A stretch of 64,000 bases of DNA from Schizochytrium sp. TIO01. Taxonomy: Eukaryota; Protista; Bigyra: Labyrinthulomycetes. The stretch is taken from the NCBI GenBank assembly GCA_004764695.1, contig SMSO01000037.1:2952747-3016746 (forward strand), written 5' to 3'. Under the pieces are notes generated by a model, which saw nothing but the letters and a program-made list of their open reading frames with translations, was not told the DNA's origin and searched no databases. Each line of letters starts with the position of its first letter. The first letter of the stretch is position 1. Both the position numbers and the translations under genes were made by a program. Of this stretch, positions 24,263 through 34,730 are shown in pieces.

Positions 24263-25399
24263 GCTGCAGAGCTCGGCGAGTTGCGTGTTTGAATATTTCT
24301 CTAGAGGTATATTTCTCTACTTGTTTCTTCCTTTCTTTGTAGGAAAAAATAGCGCTTTATTATAATAAAATTCATTTTATTGTTTATTTTAATTTTAAAA
24401 AATAAATTAAATATCATGATAGTAGAAAAGATCTTATGTTTTTGAACTTGGAGAAAAAAAGAGACAATAAAAAGAGCAGGAAAGGAGATCCTGTTACCTA
24501 TTTGACGTGTCGCTATCTACATCAAATTTGCTAAAGTCCAGAAGTTGTTTCGATTCACCCTCTTTCCTGAACGGAATTTGAAATATCAACGTGACCAGCT
24601 CATCCTTCTGAGTTGAGCTAGGTCTGATTTCAGGTTTGCGTAATATTAAAAAAAGAAAGTAAAAAAGCTCCGCTCAAATGTCCTAGGAACCAAGGTGTCT
24701 TTCAAAGTCGTTTGGAAAGTTATTTCCCTCTGAGAAGGAAACAATATAGGATTTGGTGTTTATACGTAGTGAGATGTATAGAAGTTACACCAAACACACA
24801 GCTCATTGAGCTGATGAACCAGACTACAAAGGTCTTCAACCAAAAGGTCCATGTTCAACTTGCTATTGAAATTGGTTTATTGTGTTAAGGTTTTTGTTCT
24901 CCTTGTGAATTAGACAGGAGCAGGAGTGCACGTGCCGCTATATCAAAATAGATAACGAAACATCGTATCTCACGCAAAAAAGGTGAATACTACTTGTTTA
25001 GCCGAATAGACATAATACTGTGATGCCAAAACAAGGCGTTTCGGAGAGCTACGCTGTGTATTTTGTATTGCAATTGCGCAAGGTAGAATTAGGACAACTT
25101 ATCTCAAGAGTTAGTCTTATATCGATCCTCAGCATGATCCAAATTGAGACGTTTCGTGCGGGGATGCTGTACAGCTTTAACTGCAAGGTGAATTGAATTT
25201 AAAGAATATATTGATCTACAGCTTATATGTTCTTATTTATTTGTAGATGAATCAATATTGGTCAACATATGACTTGCACGAGGGACACGAACGGAAGGAT
25301 TTATGAGCAGTATGGGGTCATGTGTGCCAAGAGACCTCTCACTCCATACTATGTCGCGAAACTGGATTAGATGGAATGAGATCATAAGTATCACTTGGC

Positions 25400-26128
25400 T
25401 TACTCGTAGGCAAGCTTGGACTTGCTGCTGGCGCGCTTGGAAGACTTGGAAGACTTGGACATCTTGCTGCTGAGGCGCTCAGTGGGCTCGGGAGTCTCCT
25501 CCTCATCAACGGCATCAAAAGCAGGCTTGGACTTGCTGCTGAGGCGCTTGGAGGACTTGGAGGACAGCTTGCTGCTGAGGCGCTCAGTCTCCTCGGGGAT
25601 CTCCTCATCAACGGCATCAAAAGCAGGCTTGGACTTGCTGCTGAGGCGCTTGGAGGACTTGGAGGACAACTTGCTGCTGAGGCGCTCAGTCTCCTCAGGG
25701 ATCTCATCAGCGACATCCTCAAAAGCAGGCTGGGACTTGCTGCTGAAGAGCTTGTTGGAGGCCTTGGAGGACTTGCTGCTGAGGCGCTTGCCCTCCTCGG
25801 GGATCTCATCAGCAGCATCATCGAAGGCAGGCTTGGACTTGCTGCTGAGGCGGCGGGAGACGCGGGCAACAATGGACTTCACGGAGAGGGTGCCAGACTT
25901 GTTGCGTTCGTCCTCACCAGCCTCAGCGGTGGCCTCGGCAATCTCAGCACCAAGACCAGCGGTTCCGAATCCAGCAGACTCGCTGCCCATTCCGGCAAGC
26001 TTACGCATTCTAGATCCAAGAGTAGACTTGGAGCTGCGGCGGGCCTCCTCCTCTTCCTGGCGACGCTTCTCGACCTCGTTCACGACGGCCTCAGAGGGAG
26101 TGTAGTTGCCATCACCGAAGGTGCTCAT
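25400..26128 (-). CDS. Hydrophilic, low-complexity tandem-repeat protein (~242 aa; four ~34-aa repeats)
   Basis: First ATG at 26128 (MSTFGDGNY...); GC-ending codon bias; repeats PAFD(A/D)VDEEIPEETERLSSKLSSKSSKRLSSKSK; possible 5'-UTR intron donor GTACGT at 26210. Confidence 0.75.
   Translation of the reverse strand: MSTFGDGNYTPSEAVVNEVEKRRQEEEEARRSSKSTLGSRMRKLAGMGSESAGFGTAGLGAEIAEATAEAGEDERNKSGTLSVKSIVARVSRRLSSKSKPAFDDAADEIPEEGKRLSSKSSKASNKLFSSKSQPAFEDVADEIPEETERLSSKLSSKSSKRLSSKSKPAFDAVDEEIPEETERLSSKLSSKSSKRLSSKSKPAFDAVDEEETPEPTERLSSKMSKSSKSSKRASSKSKLAYE
25410..25855. repeat. Coding tandem repeat, ~102-bp unit x ~4
   Basis: cctcatcaacggcatcaaaagcaggc recurs at 25501 and 25603 (102 bp apart). 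Confidence 0.9.
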
Positions 26129-27164
26129 CTTCTTAACAATGAAAGAGTTCTTGGACTTTAAAGTCGCTGCTAGTTTGGGATTTGCTTTCGCTTGGGAGTA
26201 CAGCACGTACCTTGCGGCGCGTGCAAGTTCTTTCTAGCGAGTTTGCCGAGTGGCTTTGCTTGAAGGCTTGCTTGAAGGCTTGGAGGCTTGAGAGTTGCGG
26301 GTTTGCTTTTGACCGGAGTCCACCACGCCCTCGAAACCCTTGCAAGCTTGCCGCGGCGTGAGCAATGTGTATTGTGGCGTAGCTATCCACAGCCTTTGAG
26401 GCTGTCTCCAAGTCGCGCTCCAGAGAAAGATACGTACCTCAGAAGAGCTAGCAGTACTAGGCATTACTCAGTATGTGCACTACTCCATCCCGGATTATCA
26501 AAATCCTACTAGATCTTACGTAGGTACATCCTTGTTAGCCGTTGTTATGGGCCTTACGAGTTTGACCTTTTCTCATTTGGAGGCATGTTTGATGGGGTGA
26601 GTGCCTAGCGACAATCTAGCGAATTGGCACTTCCCACTCTTGCTTCCAGCTTTAAGGCAGGCAAGTCGGTAGTAAGCCGGTTGCCTCGACAGACAGACAG
26701 ACTCCGACCTTGACACAGACAAACACAGACAAACACAGGGGATCAGTATGCATAGGCGACGTGAGCGCACACTCCCCCCTCCTGCGCACTTCTTCTTCTT
26801 CCTACGAGTCCTATCGAGGGAGCAATGGCTGAAAGAGCATATCTGTGGAGGCACGCGAGAGTCGCCAGCACATGGACAGGACCGGCACTTGCAAAAAGCA
26901 GTCAGCGAAGGCAGTTCGCGAATGCAAAGTTACTTGTCGGAAATACTCCGAGAAGAAGTCGGCAAGAGACATCGAATAAATAAATAAAAACACACTTCTT
27001 TCTCTACATATGCAGATTTTTGCAAGCAAGCACCTCATGATGCGACCTATGAAAAGGAAAATTTATGAATGCTGCAGATGACGAGTTAAATTCATGAACC
27101 TCCTGCATGACCTTTGAGGAATTTGAGACGGGAGAGAGCCATTGCAACTTAGGGTAAGGAGTCC

Positions 27165-27320
27165 CACGTGCGAATTTGGCACGTGCAAGATAATACCCAC
27201 GTGCAAGCCCACGTGCGAAGGGTTAGTGTGAAGGTGGCTGCTAATGAGCAGCAGCGCTGGCTGAGGATTTCGGTGTTGCACGTGAGAGGGTATCTGCTGA
27301 TGCATTCTGACTGACGTGGC
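27165..27320. promoter_or_regulatory. Cluster of five CACGTG (E-box/G-box) motifs plus TGACGTGGC
   Basis: CACGTG at 27165, 27180, 27198, 27210 and 27279; ~1 kb upstream of the repeat-protein ATG. Confidence 0.5.
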
Positions 27321-28532
27321 TGGGCGAATAAACCTCTCGCTCGCTCGCTCACTCGCTCGCTCGCTCGCACTTTCTTCCGATTATCTAGTTGCTCTGCTAT
27401 GTTCGCATCACCAGCAACGGGCTCATTTGAATATGATACTGCATCAAGTGCTGCACAGATCTAACAGAAAACCACCAATTTCTGCCAGGCAACATACATA
27501 ACATCAAAGCAAGTATCGGAAAGAGCAGATACTCGGACGTGCATGCTCATAGTCTAGTAAAGATTGGTTGGAGGAAAGGATTTAGGGTAGCTCCTAGGAG
27601 CTTGAAGCTACAGGCACTCGTGTGGCGGTTTCAGGAAAAGCAATTAGCACGAGGCAAATGAGATATCTCACGATGCATATCATACGAGCTCGAAAGAGGT
27701 TGTTTATTTAATTCGACGATAGTGACGTGGTCATTAGGCTTCCACTGGCGATGCATAAGTTAGAAGAAACGTCTCACTACTCTAGCTAGGCCATCAGAAA
27801 GGATCTTTTAGATTAATCAGTGTCCAAGTGCCAAATGCAAGCGTCGACAAGTTCCTGCAGGCTCTTTAGAAGGCCGACTTGAGGCAAGACACACGTACAC
27901 ACCTATGTCTAGAGCGGCCTAACTTAAATTAAAGACTTGAACCGTCCCAAGATAGTCAACCTTCCACTAGCCCCACCGAACTCTCGCGAAAAGCAAAGTC
28001 CAAGGCAAATCACACCCAGTCCTCAGATTTGACCTACTGAACATCACACTACAAGAAGGTAAGAATCAAAACAGGACAAAATTATTATTTGCTTTAAGAA
28101 GCGTTGTAGGATATTCTGACATGTGAGACAGTGTCGTTGATGAGCAGCTAGCTTTTGCGCAGTTTTTCTAGCTAGAGCATCCTTAGAAGGGACACTCATT
28201 CTACTAAAGTGAGGAGACATTTTTTTCGCAATGATAATCACCCTTTCAGCTTTCATTTGGTTAGTCAAGCAGATAAAAGTGTTGCCCTCCTCCACAGCTT
28301 GTGAGAGTGAGAATGTGTGGCTTCGGGTGAAAATTCAGGCACACCATCATGAAGTGATGCGTCTTAAATCACTCATCGACTCGTGTTGTTGAAAGTGTTT
28401 TAGCTAAGATACGTGACATAGAGCATCAATCAAGACACACTAAAGCAAGTCGAGACACTTTAAGATACGTGCAGAGGGCCCGTCATACCGAGTCGTCAAA
28501 ATTTGTCGCACTCAAAGGGTGTGACTTGTAAC

Positions 28533-29276
28533 TCAAAATGAAAAGTTGGGAACACCATAAACATGGCGCATCACATCTCGCGTCAGGAGTCCGTCAAATC
28601 CGTGCCCGTCAAGTTGGTCACGCCATCGGTCACTTCGTGAGTCAAGGTAATATGTCCTTCCACCACTTTCTGGAGATGTGAAGGTGAGTAAAAACTTCTT
28701 TGGGTCAATCTCCACGGAGAATTTAATGTCAGACCCGGCAAGGTGGGCTGTGATATCCCACTCTGACTCTGCGCTCAGCACAAGGTTCTTGTTGTCAGAC
28801 TGAAGATTTTCAAAACCGATGCGAATGTTTTCCAGAGCACGTGTTGCGCGGGCACGAAATTCATCGCCAGTGATAGGCTCGTGAGAAGCGGCGCGGGACT
28901 CCGCAAGGTTATCCTTGGTCAAAGACTTATCTGCCCACCCATAGCCAGGGGGGAGTTTGTCAGTTGCTGCACGCATGAACCCGCGTTGAGGTGGCACATG
29001 CATGTCAAACATGCGGGGCTGTGGACTCGACGAGGTTGCCTCTGCATCCTTCTTTTGTTTGGCTTGCTCGAAGGCAGCACGGCGTTTAGACTCGTTGGCC
29101 AATCCTCTCCACTGGCCGATGTTTTGAGATCCCGCGGAGATCTTTGAGATCATTGGAAAAGCATTCGAGAGCATACCCTGCGACAATTGGGTACTCTCGT
29201 TCGCATTCATGAAAGGTGTCTTGGCACGAACCATTGAGGCCAGACGCCCAGCCGTCATGTTCCGTCTCATGAGCAT
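28533..29276 (-). CDS. Mitochondrial frataxin/CyaY-like protein (divergent)
   Basis: Arg-rich, acid-poor presequence-like N-terminus (MLMRRNMTAGRLASMVRAK). C-terminal ~115 aa show the frataxin pattern: helix EFRARATRALENI..., LTFTSPESGGRTYYLD...RWRDQLDGHGFDGLLTRDV (cf. IWLSSPSSGPKRY..W....DG..L.ELL..EL). Confidence 0.75.
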   Translation of the reverse strand: MLMRRNMTAGRLASMVRAKTPFMNANESTQLSQGMLSNAFPMISKISAGSQNIGQWRGLANESKRRAAFEQAKQKKDAEATSSSPQPRMFDMHVPPQRGFMRAATDKLPPGYGWADKSLTKDNLAESRAASHEPITGDEFRARATRALENIRIGFENLQSDNKNLVLSAESEWDITAHLAGSDIKFSVEIDPKKFLLTFTSPESGGRTYYLDSRSDRWRDQLDGHGFDGLLTRDVMRHVYGVPNFSF

Positions 29277-31205
29277 CGTTCCTGCTACCAACGCAGCAAC
29301 AAGCAAGTCTTGTTGCTGAGGCGGACAACGCGAGTCCTACGATGTATGCACGGTCCTAAATTCCCGACTTCTTGACAGTGAAGATGACCTCTGCTGTAGT
29401 GATTCACGCTTTAGCTCACTCACGCGCAGCGTTCTCGCCTCTTCTGAAAAGACAACTCTTTTCAAGAAACAATCCAAGAGAGAAAATGGAAATAGTGTAT
29501 TAACAGTGAAGGGTCGCTTGCTAGGCTACCTCTACCAGTCACTACCGACCCGCTAAGCAGCACTCCAATGCAATAGGACTCACTACGTTCACGTTATTTT
29601 TCTTTAATTGAAAAAGGAAGCTCTCCTCCGACACTATTTCCCCGCCGCGGTTTGCACAACGCAAACCTAGATTTGTTCTGTTCCAAATCGTTCTTTCCAC
29701 ACTGCCTTCATTCTTCTTCGCTTCTCCACTGGGAGAGTTTCCGAGTAGATTTGAGAGTGCAAGCACTGGGCATATCATCTTTCAAAATAATGCAGTGGAA
29801 AGTGAGAGGAGGGGTGGTGTTTTTCAAATAAAAATATGTTATGTAGTAATGCAGTGAGAGTAGAGGGGGGGATGAGGAAAATGGTGGGGGAAAATTTTTA
29901 GACTCAGACAGATATACACTGGGCGTTATCTCCCCTGAGGTGTCTCAGAGGAGGTTGCTTGAGATGTTTGCTGGTGGTAAACTTGACTTTGCTCCTGTAT
30001 ATTCTACTTACCCTCGCGTATTCTCTTCTATAGCAAGTGGATAAAGAAGGCTCCGCTGCCATTCAATCAATCAGTAGCGTCGCTAGCGCCGTGCTTCCTA
30101 AGCCGCCTCTGCGAAGGCAGAGACGTCTCTGAGCTAGTCAATCGCCGACGCGGAGGCCCAAACTTGAGCCCATCAGCGACCGAGCAAGCGAGCGTCCGAA
30201 AACGAATGAATAAATAAACGAACGAACGAAGGAACGAACGAATGAATGAATGAACGAACGAATGAATGAATGTACGAAGAAACTGGACTTTTCATTTACT
30301 GATTCATTTCAAGTTATAAGTAGACAATCAGAAAGCTCTTCAGTAGCGGGAAAGCCCAATAAATAGAGAATACGGTACAGCAAATATAGAAAAAGAACTT
30401 GAAAAAGAATGGGAGGTTGTGAGGTAAACAGGAGTTGATGAGTTTTGATAATGGTATTATACATAATACGGTAGGAGTGGGGGTTCAGAGGGGTAGGGAA
30501 GAAAAGAGCGAGGAAGGGAAGAAAGTGACTAGTAATAAGGTGGGGGAACTAGGGGAACTATGTAAGAAATGTGATTAAGCAGATCGATTTGGGTATGGTT
30601 ATAGTAATTTATTTATCAAGTTAGTAATAATGGATCAACAAGTGAACAAAAGGGAAGTGCTAAGTGAATGAAATGAATAAATGAGTGAATACAATACACT
30701 CATATATAGTAGGTAGAGCAGCAGACGATTAATTGATCAACTGCGACAAGAGCCGCCACCGCTTGCGGACTCTCGCCTCACGCCGTGTCTTGGAAAGGAA
30801 ACTTGTGACCTCTCCGTTTGGATTGAAGCTTTACGTCTGCCTTGCAGTCTCCACTGAAGCTGTAGCAGCGTCCGTCCATTTGAGACCTTGCCACGCTTGA
30901 TCATTGCTTCGAAGGCAGCTCCTTCTTTCATCTACGCAGGTATCATCGTTCGTTGGCGACGAACCTACTTTCTCGTAAATCTCAGGTACGTTGCGCATGT
31001 ATCGGATTAAGCTACGTGATTTCACAAGAGACATATTCTTGGACTTTGTGGTTGGTTTAGGTTTGCCTTCTCGCGTAGCTTTGCACGGACTACCTTGAGG
31101 AGGTTGCACTCGAGGGAAAAAAATTATGACTAACTTTATATAACTTTGGATTACATTTCACGCAGTCGGAAATTTTAAAGTAGAAGACTTCATCTCGTGA
31201 ACACC

Positions 31206-31622
31206 ATGCCTCGTGGACCTCGATTGACTGCGGAGGAGCGTGAGACGCGCCGCGTAGAGATGCAGCGTAAGCAGCTTGACTTGAACCACCAACTCGATCT
31301 CACTAAGGACTTTATTATGCCGAAACGTTGGGAGGAACTCAGCAAGATTGCCGTGCGCCGCATTCAGGAGAACCAGTATGGAGACGTCGAAGGCGTTGAA
31401 GAGGAGGAGGATGAAGATGGCAGCGTCAACTATGATGGTCTCAAGAAGCGCAAGAATGAGAGTGATGACGATTCTGATGACTCGGACGACTCTGGTGACT
31501 CAGATGACTCAGATGATGATGGTGTAGAGGAAGACGCAAACGGCATGGTTAAGAAGAAGGATGGCAAAAAGAAGGACAAGAAGAAGAAGGATAAGAAGAA
31601 CAAGAAACTGCGTAAGGTTTAA
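31206..31622 (+). CDS. Small orphan protein (138 aa) with Asp/Glu-rich tract and Lys-rich C-terminal tail
   Basis: ACCATG context; coding-like codon use; likely 5'-UTR intron ~30985-31165 (AG|GTACGT ... GACTAAC ... CACGCAG). Confidence 0.7.
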   Translation: MPRGPRLTAEERETRRVEMQRKQLDLNHQLDLTKDFIMPKRWEELSKIAVRRIQENQYGDVEGVEEEEDEDGSVNYDGLKKRKNESDDDSDDSDDSGDSDDSDDDGVEEDANGMVKKKDGKKKDKKKKDKKNKKLRKV

Positions 31623-33269
31623 AGAAGAATCTCGTGCCACCATCTTTCCCCTGTTGTCTACTAAAACACAATCTACATCTAACCTTTTTCTTTAATCCTG
31701 GATTCAGCACTAAGCTATACTCACTCGTCAAATCAATGACCTGGTGCTGCCAAGCTATAATTAAGAAGCAATGGTATTTTATGAGCATTTCTTTGTGTTC
31801 CAACTTTTAAGAAAGTATTGATATTTCCCCTCCTTGCAATTTAGAATACTTTTTCCACTTAAGACTAGGTGCTCTAGATGCTCCCATCTGGACGTTCTAG
31901 TATGAAATAATAATCTTGGTACTTGTGTGATATGATAGCTATATATTTCAAAATAGTCAATTAAAAGTGCAAGTAGTTGGTTAAAAGCAGATCACATTTG
32001 CAAGCGTCCACCACCACCATACAGTCTTACAGTCATGCATTCCTTGGTAATAATGATTAGTGACACAAAGTAGTTTTTCATCAATGTTGTTTTGGATGAT
32101 GTTTTTCTCCATCTCGCAGGTGAATCAACCTTCGGAGTGAATATGCAAATCAACATATTCAGGGAGCGAACATGTATCGCAAAAGAGTTAAGTTCTAACT
32201 GCAAAGTCTAGCTTTAAGTAACTTACTCAGAATCGAGGGATTTACCCATACCTAAGCCGTGGACGATACTAGAAAGAAAGTCAGATGAGATCCAACTTTG
32301 CCTCTGTCCGATTGTATGGTAGAACAAAGCAATGCAAAATTACAAACCGTAAAAAAAAAATCTGCCACAACATAGGTTCCTCTTCATAGATAATTACTCG
32401 ACAAGAAATTACAGACTCCAAGATTCTGTTTGAGATTATCTGTTGTAACCAAGTTGAGTAAGAAGATAATATTGCATGATAGCGGAATGTCATACAGATC
32501 TCTCATTTTTTAATTTTTAATTTTTAAAATGTATGTCATTACAAACAGGTAAAACTCTAATCTTTTAGATGTGTTTACTTGTAAATTTGGAACAAAACAA
32601 AGCATACGGGGTTGAACATGGAGACAACTCATTATTTGAGCAGCCAAGTTTAGAACACAATTTCACAGCCTTGTTACACTTGAGCTCTTTCGTTACTCCA
32701 TTTGATTCTCTTTGCCTCTTGAGTCTAGACATTCACCCTGATGATTCCAGAACAATGCTTTGGCTCTCGCATCATGGTGCAGTGTTGGACATATTATTTA
32801 TTTTCTTTTGACAAAATGCAAGGACCAATGATAGTGTGCTCGCGGCAAACACATTGGCGTGACCTTGAATCATCATTTCTTAATCCTGAAAGCATTCTTG
32901 TTGCTTTTGTATGTCTTGTATTATTTTTTTTAATATAAAAAAAATTAGTTAAAAGAAGAAGAAAATGAAGTAGAAAAGATGCTCTCAAATACAATTACAT
33001 TTTTCCATAGTCGGAGGTCGGAAAGTTCTGTATTAAACGCACCCCACAGTGACGATTGGGGATTTTTCTTTAAATATGAATAGGTAAGATAGCCTTTGAG
33101 ACTGCATTCGATTTAACATGTGAAACCGAAGCGCGGGACTTAGAGTCCGCTCAGTTTCTATGCGCCTCAATTCATCCCCAATTACGTGGACAACATCCTG
33201 TCTGCAATCACGAAACTCTCCAAACAGCTTTCTGTGTGGTGGCCTCCAGCCAAACATCGCAAATCATCT

Positions 33270-33900
33270 TCTTGCTAGGACGAAGACACCACACTCAACC
33301 TCAGTTGTGACGCTGTGGTTGAGCTCTTAACGGACTTTGTCTCAGGTCAGCGTTTCGCCAGGCGCGACTCCAATTTTGGTATTCGCAACTTTGTGAAATC
33401 GAGCCTCATATGAAAATCCCTAATAGTGGCATAGGACTCTGCCAAGCGAAGACAGGTGCTCTGCCTGAACATGAGTGCTGCTTTTTCTGCTTTTGAGCTC
33501 AACATGAGCTGGCCCTTGCTTGACCTGAGACGAAATCGGCCTTACAGAGCTCCCTGGGCGCGCTTGGCTTTGCACATGGAGCTCGATGCAGCCCTGCTTA
33601 TTCTGTGGGATCTGGGTTGGTCCCAGGTCTCTTCTTAGCCTCCCCTCGCGTGTCGGGTATTGACTATCGATGCAGATCGCTCATGTGGCGATTCGAGTGA
33701 ATAAGCAGCACTTTTGAGACAGAGTCCCGCACTACTTTGAGGCAGCTTGCTTCCGCAGACCAGCTGCAGCCAAGCTGTTGACCCTCGTGGTGGTGCGGGT
33801 TCGATGTGAGAGCAGGCCAGTCCCTCGCTGCTGGCTCGAGTCTACCCTCCTGAGAATCCCAACAGAAATTCAGGTTAGGCAGCGGTAGACCAAATTCGAA
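33270..33900 (+). pseudogene. Decayed leucine-rich-repeat gene
   Basis: Frameshift- and stop-broken fragments TTLNLSCDAVVELLTDF, IPNSGIGLCQ/QVLCLNM, LLDLRRNR/LTELPG and LLRIPTEIQ fit the LRR consensus LxxLxLxxNxLxxLP. Confidence 0.5.
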
Positions 33901-34730
33901 GCAAGGCTTCCTGAGATGGGTGTGTGCGGGTGCGAGGTGACCACGGCCATTCAACAATAATACTAGTTTGGCATGAAGGCTATGTTTTCTCTTGTCCTGC
34001 GCGAGCTCTTTCATTGAGGTGGTGACGCTAGTGGGAGCGAGAAGACGCAACGAGCGCGGAGAAGTACCGGCTGAGCGCAAGCTTCACTTTGAAGACACCC
34101 GCAAAGGGGAGGTGTCGTCCTCCCGTACTGATCAATTTGGCTCCATCTTATTTTGCACGAAAGGCAACACATCAAAAGCTTACGAGGCGGATTCCTTTTT
34201 TTATAACATTTTGAAATATAAAAGAACTATAGTACGTAGTTGGCATGTGAGAAGGAATACAACGCTTAGAGATGCCTTGAGTCAGTTTCTTAACATAAAT
34301 ACATACATCAATACATATGGATAATACTAATGTAGAACCAAAATAAAAGCAACTCGAATAGAAAGCGAAAGCTCGCGGAATACAAGACACAGCTTCCTGA
34401 ATTGAGGATGGAAGGAAGTAACAACGAGGGCTCTAAATGGAGGGAGAGGCAATGGATTGTCGGCCAAGGGTAAAAAACATTTAAAGATGTTCACATCTTT
34501 GCATTTAAAAAAAGAAAAAGAAGAAGCAAGAGATGCCCGGGCAGACGGGCGAGGTATAGGTAGATAGATTTGCATAGCTATAAAAAGGTAGTCGTGCTTG
34601 GTAGTGTATGTGCACACGGCGAAGAAGGAGCACCGGAAATTAATCGAGAGCAAAATGAAGTGAGATCAAATCAACAGCTTGACTTTGCGGCATCGAGAAC
34701 ACCGCGAAGGCTAGAAAGGTTTTCTACGAT

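Noticed and set aside
25339-26105. Leu-rich + strand ORF (25416-26105) resembling an LRR/leucine zipper, and alternative-frame ORF 25339-25872
   Set aside because: Antisense and alternate-frame readings of the repeat gene; the minus frame with an ATG and biased codons (AAG, GAG, TCC) is the coherent one
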